This document shows positions 13,136 to 28,600 of a DNA stretch of 64,000 nucleotides, one piece after another. This DNA comes from Paragordius varius (Eukaryota > Animalia > Nematomorpha). The stretch covers positions 13,950,001 to 14,014,000 of the forward strand of contig OZ176050.1 of assembly GCA_964247055.1 (NCBI GenBank), in the 5' to 3' direction. The number at the start of each line of letters is the position of its first letter. Position 1 is the first letter of the stretch. The position numbers and the translations under genes were made by a program. Under the pieces are notes generated by a model, which ran no database searches, was not told the DNA's origin, and was given only the letters and a program-made list of their open reading frames with translations.

Positions 13136-14638
13136 ATAACATTTGAAATAAATTTATGATGTGACAAACTCTCTTAATATGTTTTATAGTATGAATAAAC
13201 CTTAAGCTTTGTTAAATTGATATAAACGAAGATTTGATAATTTAAATATTAATATTTAATTAGAAACATCCATTCTTTAATATTAAGATGTTTTTGTCGA
13301 TTGAATTTTAAAACGATAAACAATTGTTTATCAAGTTATAAAGAAATTATAAAAATACGATATACTTTTAGGAATTTAGCCTATGCGATCAGTTGGTTGA
13401 TTCAAAGATATATGTTTATATAAAAATTATTTTAAAATAATTTTTTTGTAACCCTTCGAAATAAAATTACTAATTAAAGCAGTTTTTTTATATAACATTT
13501 CTGTTTTTATACGAATTAGTAACAAATTTTTAAATTTGAACCGCATGTGTTGCAGATATATAAATCAAATTTCTTTTGATCGAATTAACACTAAAAACAC
13601 TATTATAACTATAAAAGTTTAATTGATTTTTTCTGGGATCATAAAAATAAATTCAAAATATGTCCGGGATTTTTACGAACGGTATTGATCAACTTAGGAA
13701 ACTTTCAGATGCAACTCATATATATTTAACATACAAAAAATAACTCTATTTTATATCCACTCAATTTGAATCGGTTAATTAACCAAAAATCAAATAAAAA
13801 CTTTATATTAAGAAACGTTTCAATTACATGTTAAACCTAAATTATATATATCATTAATTTCCAAAATAATTTTATCCATATTTTTTTTAAATCTATCAAG
13901 TGTGTCCTACACCACATTTGCAAAATCTTTAAGTCTTACTGGATCATATTATTTTTATCACATCTGATTCAAGTTTTCTTGATTGACTTAACTAACTTAA
14001 TGTTAATATTTGTTATCACTCCACCCATTGTCTCTTTTACAAATATTTATCAAAATTAGACAGCAAACGGACCATTAGAAAAAATTCAGAAGCGATATAT
14101 GTGCATTGATTTAAATAAAAAAGTGTTCATATAATATCTTTAAGCATTTTTACCGTTTCCATCATGCCTTAAAATCGTGTGAAATATTTTTCAAAAACAA
14201 AAATGCATTTTTAAAAAACATTTTGTTGATATCAAAATATAGCATAAAATTTTATTGCGCAATCACGGCATTTTTGCGTTTATTATAAAGAGAACAAGCT
14301 CATTTTACAAGAGCGAAAAAATTGGGGACTGGAGCCCACATTAAAAAATTTAACTTTTTATAAAAATAATGTTTTGCTTTTTATATGTAGTTTGTAATAT
14401 ATTTTAGTATTATGGAAAATTCAATATTTGCCAAAAAAAATTTTATTATTTTAAATTTTAATTAAAATTAAAGTTTAGTACTACTAATATAGGCAATGGA
14501 TGTGTTGCTCAATTTCTAGTGTCACCTTTTTGTAATAATAGAAATAAAACTTGTCCACAAATTGCGATTGATATTTTTAATTTTAAAACCAAAAACATTT
14601 TGCCGAAAAAATGTTGATTTTTTATGTTACATCTTTAA

Positions 14639-15212
14639 CACTTGGATACAACGCATCTATTTCAGTCCTTCGATTAATTAGGGTAGTTGCCCCAGGCCTT
14701 TGCTTAAAATTAAATTCTTTAAAAATATGGAAGGAATGGAAACCTTGGAAAAATTTTGCACTTATATAATATTAATTAACCGAAATATATAAAAAAAATA
14801 TTCTAAAATTCTTGTTATTACTTATATTACGCGAAAACCTTAAGGTAAAAATTTAATTAACATTACATGTGTGCAATAGTAAAATTGAAAAATAATACGA
14901 AATAAACCACTTTTTCTATTTCTATCCATGTTAGATGTAATTTAAATAAAAAATTAGCTTCTGCCCTTTAAATTTACTGAAGACGATATTTTGCAAAAAA
15001 ATATTAAAATAAAAATGGCGTCGAATTAGTTTAACATTAAACTTTTTTTTCAAAACAAAATTTGATTTAAATATTTTTGCATATTTATATAATTTTTATT
15101 AGGATAGAAGCATATATTTAAATTGGGACCGTTTCCTTCGGTAGTTTTATAAAATCCTGACTTAAATTTAATCTGGGGTATTTAGAAACATACCTCAATT
15201 TGAATAGAAGTG
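14639..15212 (+). mobile_element. Family-E MITE with TTAA target duplication
   Basis: TTAA|CACTTGGATACAAC...AGAAGTG|TTAA. Confidence 0.85.
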
Positions 15213-15409
15213 TTAAACATATACAATGCGGGTGTTAAAAGGCCATGGAATATATTTTTAATTTAACCCGATATCATAAATATTTTTTCAAGAGAATTCT
15301 AATTGGTTTGGGAAAGAAAATTTAATAAGGTAATTTAGTTTGAATTTGATCCATTTATTAAAATGGTTTAAGCGAGTGGGTTTAATTTGAACCACCCTAA
15401 AATAATATA

Positions 15410-15637
15410 CAGTAAAAATTGAAATTATACGGACAAAACGTAAAAATATGATTTTTTTAAATGTATCTAAAATTGCCAATTATAATATAGAGATGTATAT
15501 TGGTAACACCATATATTATATATATTGCAATCCTATGAATTTTATCGCATAAATTAAGGTAAAAAGTATGATTGTTTTTTGAAAATATATTTTGTCTTTA
15601 CATTTTTACATTTTCCGTGTAATTTCAATCTTTACTG
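15410..15637. mobile_element. Family-D MITE
   Basis: TA|CAGTAAAAATTGAAATTATACGGAC...TTTACTG|TA. Confidence 0.8.
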
Positions 15638-16503
15638 TATTAATATGATCCAAGTTTTAGTATGGTTTTACGAGTGAGTTTAATTGGCCTATATTATTAA
15701 CTTGGAATAAGCCCATTCGTTTCCTAAAAAATTGCTGTGAAAAGAGGATAATATAATGTAAAAGCGTAAGATAAATATTGGATACCCCACCAAAGAAGTA
15801 AGATAAGAAAAAACATTTAATTGTACTATAACAAAATTATTGAATTTGAAAGATAAAATGAAGGGATATGAAAAATAAGACGCCACAATCATTTATCATT
15901 AAAAAAATTTAATTACGCGTTTTGGATGTTAAGCCAACATTTCACATTTTTTGTAATTTCCATTAATAAAGTTTTAAATTTAGTTTTCACAAAAATATTC
16001 ACCACACAGTATGTTAACCTTGATTTAATCAGGTTTTTAAATTTGATTTAGTAATGAGAAGCTTAATTACAAGAAGAGTATCATATCATTATTTGTATGG
16101 TTTTGCCATTAAATGGCGGTACACACGTTAATTTTTTCCAATATTTTCTTGATCTGACTAAATCTAGATCTAAATTAAGCGAGCGATTCGAGGCCTTTTG
16201 TTATTGCCATGTGGTATGAACTCGAAATGGATTTGACTGGTGGTTCAACCGAGTATCATAGTTTTAAGGATATACGTAACTATAACTATTAAACGCTTAG
16301 TATATCTGATAACAATAAATACACCAAAGATATATACATATAAAATAAAGAATATTTAAAGACGACACATGGACCCAAATTTATTAAACAATCACATATA
16401 CATCAAAATATCATTCATACATCAAATATATTGGTATAAAGATTTTAATTTCAATCATATGTGGTTGTATTGCAAAAGCGATTTTTCCTTCAAAATTTTC
16501 GGC

Positions 16504-19500
16504 CTATAGGCCATAACAATACCAGATAAGGCATTGTAAATCTATTTCAAGTGCTGAAACCGGCAATGTTAAATCGAAAGATTTCACAACCTCTGGATGC
16601 AGTATACCGAAATGACCCAAGCAAAAATGTTGGGTGGGATCTTGATGATTGTACAAAAGGATACGGGCACACCGTCCCTCAAAATAACTTGGATCTGTTG
16701 TGTATATGGTGTTATAAAATTAAAATAATTTATCAAAACAAGAAATACTTAATTTATGGAATTAAAATTGTCTAGTATAAAATATTTATTGTATTATGTA
16801 TGCATTCCAAATTAAAATATTATGAATTCAGGATCTAAGTAGCCCCAAAAAAGCAATAGAAAATATTAACATTTGTGATCTCAGTAAAAATGGGATATGA
16901 TTCATTCATAACCATAGAAATGCTATAAAACTCTCAATATTATAAAAAATTGTTATCATCAACAATTTTTATTTAAGCGCCTTAAAATAAAATTTTGGAG
17001 AATGGAATAAATAAAAAACTGTATATGGCCATTAATTATTACAAAGGCATGGAAAAATAATAGGATATTCGATTTATAAAATGGTATAAACGACGGAATA
17101 TATAAGTTAAAATAAAAAATATGTAAAATCGTGTAACATCAATGTAGATTTTTTTTCAAGAGACAACCATACTCTTTTCCACCTTAAATTATCCTATAAA
17201 AATTATTTAATTGCAATCGCAAAATACATATTTGCTTGTCTTACCAATTTACATCTCTATTTTATATTTTGTAGTTTGAAACAATCAGTTATATTTACAA
17301 AATGCAAAAAGTGTGGTTGTCTTTTGAACAAAAATATTTTTAATATTTTTACGTTTTGTCCGTGTAACTTCAATTTTTACTGTATGTAAAACTTTCGTGT
17401 AAAAGTTAGACATAAAAAACTATTTACTTGTTCCAGGTACTATCATATACATCGGTTTTCCCAACTCTAAATTTGTCAGCATATCATTATGCGGGCTATT
17501 GCTTTTATCTAAAAGTTTCATTTCTTTTATGTGTTCATGTAGGGTTACCTCATCATTCAGCATAGATTTTTCCAATTCATTTTGCGTGTAGTAAGGAGCA
17601 TTAATATTGACGGGCTTGCATGAATTCTGGATTAATTCCCTGTTTTCTACGAGTTGAACTTCTAAAGGATCTCCTTCGGCGAGACCATTACTGAGGGCTT
17701 GAATAGTTTTATCGCCTTTTTGGGTTTTGCCATCGATACTAATTATTTTTATGTTAATCGATATATTTTTATATATATATATATATATATACAGAATTTT
17801 GGGTGAATATACATTCTTAATAATAAAAAGGTATTAAAATTTAATTCGTTATTTTAAAAGAATATCATTTTGTCTTATTCAAAAATAAGGATAAAATTAA
17901 ATTAAAATAAATGGGGATTTATTATATGTATATAAATTAATAACACGAATATAAAGCACGCATCTTCTATCAATCCAATAGTTTTCTTAGGGAGCAAATT
18001 ATTTTTAATTGCTATACCTAGTATTCTAACTACACATTAAAATAACAATTGTCCTAAAAAACGTGATATGAGCCCTGATTAATTTCCGTTCAAACACCAA
18101 ATCTTTACTAATTATATTACCAATTAATTTATATTTTACTTCAAATGCGCATCAACAACTTTATATTTATGATAAATAAATTAAATTAATCCAGCAATAA
18201 TTTAACTTTTTAAAACATAAATTTTATTGCTTCCTACACGGCGCAAACTTTGTCAAAAACGCAAAAAAGAAGAATAAACCAAATTTAACACAAAAAATAA
18301 TTAAGAATATAATCCAATTCAATCAAAAATAACCAACCCATTGATAATTGGCTCACAAATAAGTCCACTATCCCCATTGCTGGTAATACAATCTTTTGTG
18401 GATTGAGGCAAAAAAAGGCGTTCACAACCACATATTTTCATGATTCGATCCAATGCGCCATGTATTAATTCAAAACCAGATCCACCCGTTTTAGCGTATC
18501 GAATGATGCATAAATTACGTTGATTTCTAGCTCCCACCTCTATGCATTTATACCCATATATATACATTCATTTAAAAAAATATCGGATTTTATATGGGAA
18601 CTTATATAAATTCAGAAATAATTGAATAAATTTAATCTTTTTCGAATGTAAAATTTATTGGTGTTTTTGTTAAATAAAATTACTAAAGGGTAAGGTTTAT
18701 ATTCGTTTTATGGGACAGCCTGCTCTAAAAAAGTGCAGTTAATATTTTAAGAATATCACGTTTTGATAAAATATAAAAGATATTGATTTTGAACTTATGC
18801 ATGATATTTCTTATCAAATATTCGTTCATTGTTGTTATATGAATTTACGGTATCACAATACTATGTTCAATTTAAAGTACAAATTTGCGTTTTATAATAA
18901 TATACTTTTTACGAAAACGATTATTTTTAATGTTAAAAAAAAATAAAACCCAAGATTAAGCGAATAAAAAACAATAATGTATACCCGCTTGTCCATCCTT
19001 CAAAACAATATCAGAAATTTCAAAAAGTTTCAGTGGTAAAGGCACATTTTTATTGGACCCAATGACCTTCAATATACCAGGCATAAGGGATGTCCTTACA
19101 ACCTAAATAATAAATATAAAAACTTATAAAATATAAATTCTTGAAATAATGGGTTAATTTGAAAAAGTACATTAACGTGAAAACACGCAAAAACAGATTA
19201 ATATTATTCATAATTTTTTTAAAAAACCACTCATTGTAAAAAATATAATAAAAGTTTTGCCAATTTATATGTCTAAGGCCCGAAATAATAGTTATGTATA
19301 TTACAAAAAATCAATGTTTTAAATATAGTTTCCCCTTATCAGTCTCAAATTAATTATATCCTAAATTTTAGGTTAATTAAGTTCAATAAACAAAAAATTA
19401 ACAAAATATATTTTAATTGATATATATATACTTCAAAATCCTGAGTTTTAGGGTTTGCAATTACACAGGCATCATTTTCCTCAGCAGGTTTTCGCATTTT

Positions 19501-22500
19501 CTTATAAACATCATCACTTGAACACTAAATATAACACAAAAAATTAAATATTTCATCCTTGTAATTACAGTAAAATTTAAATTATACGGACAAAACGTAA
19601 AAATATAAAGACAAATATTTTTTATAAAAAGCCAACCATACTTTTTTAAACTTTAATTTTTCCCAAATAAATTATTTACTTACGATTGTAAAATATATTG
19701 ATTGTGTTACCAATATACATCTCTGACTTTGCAATTCTCAAGAGTGATTTACAAGTTAAAAATTAAGATTTAAAAAGTATGGTTGTCTATTAGAAAAAAA
19801 TATTTGTCCTTATATTTTTACGTTTTGTCCGTATAATTTCAATTTTTACTGTAAAATTTTGCGTAAAAATTTACAATTGATAGTTTAAATAGCTAAATAT
19901 AAAAAAATTAATCAATTATTATATTTACCAAAGTAAAGGTAAGGACTTCAGTGTAACCCATACCCACGATTTCGGATCTCAAAATTTCACAAAATTTATT
20001 CATGGGGACCTAATGTAAGAAAAAAATGTAACTTTCATAAAAGCTCTTTAGGGCATATAAATTAACATTAACACTTCAAATATACCGTTTATAATATTAT
20101 GCGTTGAATTTTTTAACCGTTAATAAAGGTATAAAAATTTCAAAAAACTATCCACTTTTTAATAAATATCAAAAAGCATGGGTTAATTTGAAAATTTAGG
20201 ATATTTTGAAGAGTATGTGAGTATATGTGTTTTAATAAAAAATTAATACATTTAGATCCAAATTTAATTTTAGGTTATAAGAGTAAAATTGTGTCAATAT
20301 TTCAATTCGGGACAAAGTATGCACATTTAGGTTAAATAGTTGTTCGAATGCGAATATAGAATATCTCATGATGAATTTCAAGCGTAAATGATATTTTGTT
20401 TAATATTTTTATGAACAAAATTTATAACAAAAAAATGCCATAATCTTTTCCCTTGATTGGGAATTTATTTAGCCCAGAAAAACATACAGTAAAAATTATT
20501 ATAAAAAGACAACTTAAAAACTATAAGACAAATATTTTTTAAAAAAGGTCATAATATTTGACCTTATTTTTAAAATTAATCTACTATTCTGGGAAGCAAA
20601 AGGGAACATATATGTAAACTGATAACACAACACTCTATTTTTAAATTTTTAGAGTTAAATCAAACAAAAAAAGTATGGACGTCTCCTGTTTAAACAAAAT
20701 GTTAATTTTTAGTTTTAATTTTTAGTTTAATGTTTAATTTCTTTTCAAAAAAAGAGTTAAATGGAAGTTATTAAATAATAGGAAACTAACTTGCATAGCA
20801 ATCGTAGGTGTACGAGGATACGTTGCTGGTATTTTATTAATCCCATAAGCTATTGCTATATCTTCCATTATATCACGGACATGTAGGACATCTAAATGGT
20901 AAAATAAAAGTTTAAAGGGGGAATATAATATAAATCTTAAATAACTTTAAACATCTAATAAACCATTATTTATTAATTATTTTTTTAAAATATATTATTT
21001 AACAATGATAATCATAAGAATTGATTTAAGGTGACAAGGGTTATTTTTAACTCAAGACGTTTTTTCAACATCAAATTAAATACCTTTTAATTACAATCCA
21101 CACTTATTAATGATTAATTAACCAAAACTTGATTAAAACATAGTTTTTAAGTATCTAATTAACATAATCAAATATTTAATATTTTTTCGAATAATTAAAA
21201 GAAAAAACATTAATATTTCCATTCATAAATCGTTAATAAACCCCTAAAGCATGGATTATTTTGAGTAAAATGTTAAAAAATAAAGAAAACTAAAAAAAAT
21301 CAAATTTATTGAGCGATATATTAAGTTAAAACGTATTGGTTAGATAAAAAAAAGTTGACTGAAAAAAATCATTTTCAATTCCTAAAATATTATAATAATT
21401 AAATTAATTATATACCACTTCTTAGGGGTGGTACATCTACTACAACATAGTTTGATGAAACATTCTGATGTATAGAATACTGTGATTGATTTTTAACATG
21501 GTATCCCATGCGCATTAGATATCGCTGAATTTCTTCCTTTTCACATCTAAGGTGTAAAATATATTATAAAATTATCTTAAAATAACCGCCGCCTCGTAAA
21601 AACCTTTCTTTTAAACCTGGGTGTGTGATCAACACAAATGGCTTCAATTATATATAATTTATTAATTTTAAACGTAGATTTTTAAAAATTACGAAAAAAA
21701 TTATTTCACGGAATTTTTTGTAGTATTCATTGTCAAAATTTGGCAAAGACTTATATTATATAAAGAAAAAGTTGTTGTAATATTAATTTAACTAGCATAG
21801 AATATTTTATAAATATTTTTAAAAATTATGGCTGTTTTTTATTTAATTTGGTATTTTTTTAAATTATAAATCTGGGAGGGGAGGTTTGACGACCCTATAC
21901 TCTTATTTCATACTGATTATAATGTTTCCGTTTATTATGTAGATTTTAGAGATATAAAATTCTAATTTGAAAAATAAAAGATATAATCTCTAAAATATTT
22001 TGCTATTAATTTGCGAAAAAATATAATTTTTATGTTTTATAATTTAATTAATTGGAAATAATTTAAGTGTTTATAAAATTTATGGGTAAAAAACTTACTT
22101 TAATCCTATGAGCGTATTTGTTTGATCAATAGGCAAAAGTTCTTCACGATACTTGAATTCCTATAATCAAACAAAAAAAAGTTGAAACATTGTAAACCAT
22201 ACATAAAATGTTAGTCAATTTTTAAACGTAATACGCCAAAAAATATTTTTATAAATACAGACACACACAATATTAAAGTATTAAAAGGAGATATATATTC
22301 GTTTATATAAAATAATTTTAATATGCGAGAGGAATTTTTATATCATAGCGATAATTTATAGTTAATATATATATATATATATATACCATTTACAGTTCAA
22401 ATTCACCCTTGAACAATTCAAATTCACCCTAAAAATAAATTATGTGTTTTCGAACTAATATAAATCATTACTGATATAAAATATATCTTTATGGCATAGT

Positions 22501-25500
22501 TTATTTTTTCAGTATTATTTTAATTTAAAACAAAATTTTATTTTTTTAAAATAGTTAAAAATATAGGTAATTTTTAATCTTAAAATACATATAATTTATT
22601 TGAGGGTGAATTTGTTCTAGGGTGAATTTAAATTACCTAAGGGTAAATTTGAATTGTAATTGATATATATATAAACTAATTTCAATTTTATTATTGGGTT
22701 AAGCATTTTCCAATACTATAATTTAATAAAAATTTATATTAAAAGTGCCTTTCAATAATTAACTCTATATTTTTTATCAATGCTAAGAGAAAAGTAAAAA
22801 AATATGATGTTTTTAAATTTTTCCCATTAAATAAATTAGTAAATATATAAAGATTAACTTTTGAATAGATATGAGTATTTAAATGATTATAACACTCTTT
22901 ACGCTTAAATATACCATTTATATGTCAAATTCACCCTTAAATAATTCAAATTCCCTCCTATAATAAATAATGTTTTTCGGGCCAATACTAATCATTATTA
23001 ATATGAATTATATGGCATAGTTTATCACATTTTTTCGCTAATGTGTTAATTTTAAACGAAATTTAAAAGTTATAAAATAATATATAAGGTATTTTTAATA
23101 TTCAAAAACACATAATTTAGTATTGTGAATATAATTTGTTCAAGAGTGAATTCGAAATGTAAATAGTATATGTATGAATTGATAATTTGTCAAATGCGTG
23201 AAATTTGCCAGGTAAATGGATATTATTGAAAACATAATATAATTAAATAATAAATACTGGAAAGATGAAGGATTTTTGAGTAACTTCGTCAATAATTTGA
23301 ACTGCTTCAACTCTAAAATGTATTATTATATAATATATAAAAAATAAAAAAACCTTATAAAATCCTAAGTTAATGATAATTTTAAAAAAGCGATAATAAA
23401 GTTAAATAATAAAAATCATATTCGAGATATTTTAACAAATACGAGTTTAAGGAAAAAAAACTTGTAATTTTTAATATATATATATATATCTTTAAAATAT
23501 CATAGGGATATCTAATGAAAAATTATTTTATATTGATTAGGTCAAACGATAAAAATTTTATAAAAAAAGTATAAAAATATGTATTTACTCATATGGCCGA
23601 GCACAATATATGCTAAAAATGGCTGACAGATATTCTACCGCTATTTTAGCCTACAATATAAAATATATAAACATTTAAAAAAAATTATTTTTATACCATT
23701 TACAATTCAAATTCAATCTTGAACAAATCAATTTCACTCTTGGACAATTCAAATTCACCCTAAAAATAAATTGTGTTTTCGGGCTAATATAAGTCATTAT
23801 TAATTTGAAATATATTTTTTATAAACATAGTTTATTATTTTTTCAGTATTATATTAATATTAAACGTAATTTTTATTTTCATAATATAAAAAATATAGGT
23901 AATTTTTACTCTTGAACACATAATTTATTTTAGGGTGAATTTGAATTGTTCGAGGGTGAATTTGAATTGTTCTTGGGTGAATTTGAATTGTAAATGGTTA
24001 TAATAAAAAAATTTCCAAAAAAATTATTTTTATAAAATAGCACCTTATGTAAATCCGTGGCACTGCAATCAATTAAAATATTTTTGGTTTTGAGCGTTAT
24101 TTTGGAATGTTCGCCTATAAAATAAAATTTTAAATTTATTATTTTACAGAAAATTATTAATAAATGGAAACAAAAAATAATAATTTTAAAAAACTTATGT
24201 TCTTTTTTTAAGATAACAACCAACTAAAACTTGGTTTTTTAACTAAATAATTGTCTTAAGAAGAGGAGATTAAATGGTAAAAATCAATAATCAAAAAAAT
24301 ATTGTTTATTTACAGTAAGAATTGAATTTATACGGACAAAATGTGAAAATTAAAAGACAAATATTTTTTTCAAAAAGACAACCATACTTTTTTAATCTCG
24401 ACTCTTTTAAATAAACTCATTGTTTTAAACTACAAAGTATATTATAGAAATGTAAAAACACAATGAATTTATTTGATTGTAATTTAATATTTTAGATTAA
24501 GGTTTAAAAAAGTATGGTTGTCTTTTAAAAAAAATTTTTTTAAATTTTAACATTTTGTCCGTTTAATTTCAATTTTTACTGTATTGTAAAAAATATTATT
24601 ATCTTTTTTTTAATTTCTACATTAACCTTTACTCAATCACTAAAAGTAATACATAAAAATTAAAAAAATATGGTGACTGTCCTGATAAAAAAGGTAAAAA
24701 ATATTTGCAAGTTAGTATTAATAATATCATCAAAATTTAAAAAATGTACAGTGGCTGTCATTAACACTTGGATAAAACACAATGATTTTAGTCCTTCGAT
24801 TCAAATTGGGGTAGTTAGATACCCCAGGAGCTCATTAAAAATTAAATATTTCAAAAAATAGGGAATTACTTTGAAACCATGGGAAAAGTTTGCACTTATA
24901 TAGCATTAATAAACCAAAATATAATAAAATATTAATTCAAATTTGTATGATATTACTTATTAAGAGGTAAAACCCAAAGAAACATGACATATGTGAATAA
25001 GGTAAATATAAAAATGATATAAAATTTACGACTTTTTCTGTTTCTATCAATGTTAAATGTGATTACAATAAAAAAGTAAACTTTATTTTAGGATAAGAAT
25101 CAAATAAACACGATATTTTGCAAAAATGTTGCAAAACAAAAATGGGGCCGAAGTAGTTTGATATGGAACTTTTTTTCCAAAACTAAGTTTTATTTAGATA
25201 TTTTGGCCAAGTTATGTAATTTTTGTTAGGATAGAAGCATAAATTTAAATTGGAACCGTTTCTTTTAGTATATTATAAAAATTATCAACTTAAATTTTGT
25301 CTAGGGTATATAGATACCCCAATTTGAATCAAGGTGTTATGTATAAAAATATCTTTTAGTTTTTGCCTTTTAGCTCGAATTTTAATGTTTTTGCATATTT
25401 TTAAATATATCAAGAAGTGGGTATATCATTATAGAATATGATTTGTCTTAAAAGTATTTATTTACATTATTTTAAAAAAAACTTTAATCAAAATTAACTT

Positions 25501-25622
25501 GAAATTACTATTAACAATAGGGGGGAAAGAGAGTACTGTTCCAACACTATCCAAAAACACAGGATATAAAGGGCTATCTTTAATGATATGTAGGTATGGT
25601 TTAAGATGACTTTCTTTCTATT

Positions 25623-25670
<48 letters not shown>

Positions 25671-28600
25671 AATTACATTTCACCCTTAAACAATTCAAAT
25701 TCACCCTTGAACAATTCAGATTCACCCTTAAACAATTCAAATTCACACTCAAATAAAATATATGTTTTTTAAGATTAAAAATTACCTATATTTTATATAT
25801 TTTTAAAAAATAAAAATCTTGTTTTAAATTAAAATATACTGAAAAAAATAATAAACTATACCATAACATATATTTCATATTAATAATGAGTTATATTAGT
25901 TCAAAAACACATAATTTGTTTTTAGGGTGAATTTAAATTGTTCAAGGGTGAATTTGAACTGTAAATGGTATATATATACAGAATGCATTTTAATGGTTGC
26001 TTATTTCACAATATAGTAGGGCAATTTGCAACACACAGTAGTGTATGGAAAAAAACAACAAAATGTTGAATAAACAATTATTTCCATTCTTTTTTCTATA
26101 CACTACTGTGTTGCATATTGCCCCACCATTAAAATTCGTAAAGTATTTAACAGCTTTCCCAAAAAAGATTGAAAAATTTAAATTTTCTTCCCCCTAAAAA
26201 ATTTATAAAATGCCTTGGAAATTAAGCAAAAAATTTTACATTATATAGTTCCATGAGTTGTTCAGCACTATATGGTGTAGATTGGTTTAATGGGATAAAT
26301 ACGATATCTTTGGGCGATTTAGCATCATATATCAGGGGTCCTTTTACCGTATCATAATCATGCGTGCCGATTGAAAGTAGGGTTCTTTTTCTGACAAGAA
26401 TATATAAAATAAAATGTTAATAATCAATACAATAGACCTAAAAAGTTTGAAACTAATTTTAAATATAAAGTTAACAAATTGAAATTATATGACAAGAATA
26501 AAATGTCTAATATTTAACAAAAGCTGCCATTACCTTAATTTCATCTAATCTAATACAATAGAATATAAATTTGAGTGTGCCAATATAAACTATACTATTG
26601 TATATATTGTTTCACTCAAATAAATAGGTTAGATTTGAGAAAAAGTTTTAACACTAGTGCGCGACAAAAATGCAAAACCATCTAAAATGGTGACAAAACA
26701 TACATTTTGTATTATTTATAGTAGGTGAAAACAAAAAATCTTAAAGCTCAATGGGGCAAATGAATTTTTAGGATTTAACCAATTTGAATAGTGACAAGCT
26801 ATATATTAATATCCAATATATTTTTATCAATAATAAGATGGCGTTTTTATATACTTATTACTTTATATTTAGGTTTTATGTTAATTATTGTTTTAATAAT
26901 TATTACATTAGTCTCATATTGTCCAACTTTCTAAAGAATTTTAAAAACAAAAACATAATCCAAATTTATTTAGTGTATAATTGATTTTTTCGACCATATT
27001 TTGTAATTACAATCATGTATATTTTTTATTGTTAGAAAAATATAAAAATTTTTGTTCGGATTGTAAAAAAAAGTTTTTTGACCAGCATTTGTTCCCAAAA
27101 GTGGGTAATTGCCCTCTTGCAAGTGCTTAGAAAAATCTAGGGGGCGAGGCTTGACCGAAAAATTACGAGAAACTATTTGAAAATTATGAATATGAACATA
27201 ATGTAAACGATTATTAGATAATTATTTAACACTCATACCTTTCCACTTTTTGTTTTAAATGCTGGATTTCAATATAAATAAACTAGTTTTGAAAGTTATT
27301 TTATCCAAATGTAAAAAGCTTATATTTTTTACAGTTTTGTCATTTATAAAGTCATAAATTGGGACAGCTTCAAAGCACGATTTAAACGATCAGCTGATAT
27401 TGAAATCAATATATATCAAGTTTTTGCTGGTAGCCTAAAATCATATAGCTAGGGTTTTTATAAAATCTCAGCTCAAAATATAACGTTTTTCATTTAACAC
27501 AGTTAAAAGACAAAATTTTTTATGAAACTATATTAAAATAATTTCTTAAAATTATTTACTAGATAAACTCACTATTAAAATCTTAACATTCATATTTTTT
27601 CAGTATATATCAGATTGAAACCACAAAATATTGTTTTTATTTATTTCTTTGTCATCTGGTTTATGAGTATATAAAAAATTTATACTGTGTTTTTTTAAAT
27701 CTTACATAAATGGGAATTATAAAGTATATAATTTGTGCAAAATAGGATTCAAAAGTAGTAGAATATTAACCAAAAATCCTTACAAATTCAAGTCTGTTTT
27801 AGGACACATTAATATTTTAAATAACAAAATTTTTTTAATAAGGGATTTGTTTTAGAATTTTATACAAATGTTTATTATATAAGATTTTCGATGCCCTTCT
27901 CTCAAACTTTTATGTATTTCAAAAATATGGTAGATTTTGTTCGATTCTTAAACATATATTTTAATATAAAATTATTATAACGTTGCCAAATTAAGGTATT
28001 CAGCACTGTATACACTTATTTTATTTTCAAGTAGTAAATTTTTGGTTCGTACATAAGTAGTTATTAATTGAAAATTAATTAATGGGTATTTAATTGGATC
28101 TGAACAAATTTCTTTGCAGAATGCTTTGATGCTAGTGATAAATTTTACCCATAATTTTTTTATTTTTAGGACAATATAATTTTACAAAATTTTAAAATAT
28201 GGCAACATTATCAAATTGACGTTATTGATGTAAATTTTTTATGTAGTTTTAAATAAAATTATTTTTTATATGACATATGATAAAAATTAATATAGCCGAA
28301 ATGTAAAAATCTACATATATTTTTTACCATACTTTTTGGATATTTTTGCCCAAACGATATAATTACAATTTTTAAATATATAATTGATCGTGTTACTAAT
28401 TCACATTTTACTGCTTATTTTGAAACGCAAAAAGGGTTATATATAAAAATCAAGGTTACTAAAAATGGTTGCTTTTAAAAATTGTTTTTTAATTTATTGT
28501 TTTATCTATATAACTTCAATTTTTAGCATGTATGTTTTATAGATAATATGGCAATTTTAAGATATTTATGGTATTTAATTTAAAAAAATATAAAAAAAAT

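Noticed and set aside
15689-15892. Hydrophobic 67-aa ORF (receptor fragment or NUMT?)
   Set aside because: No recognisable motif or splice partners; hydrophobic F/I/L/Y-rich translations are expected from AT-rich DNA.
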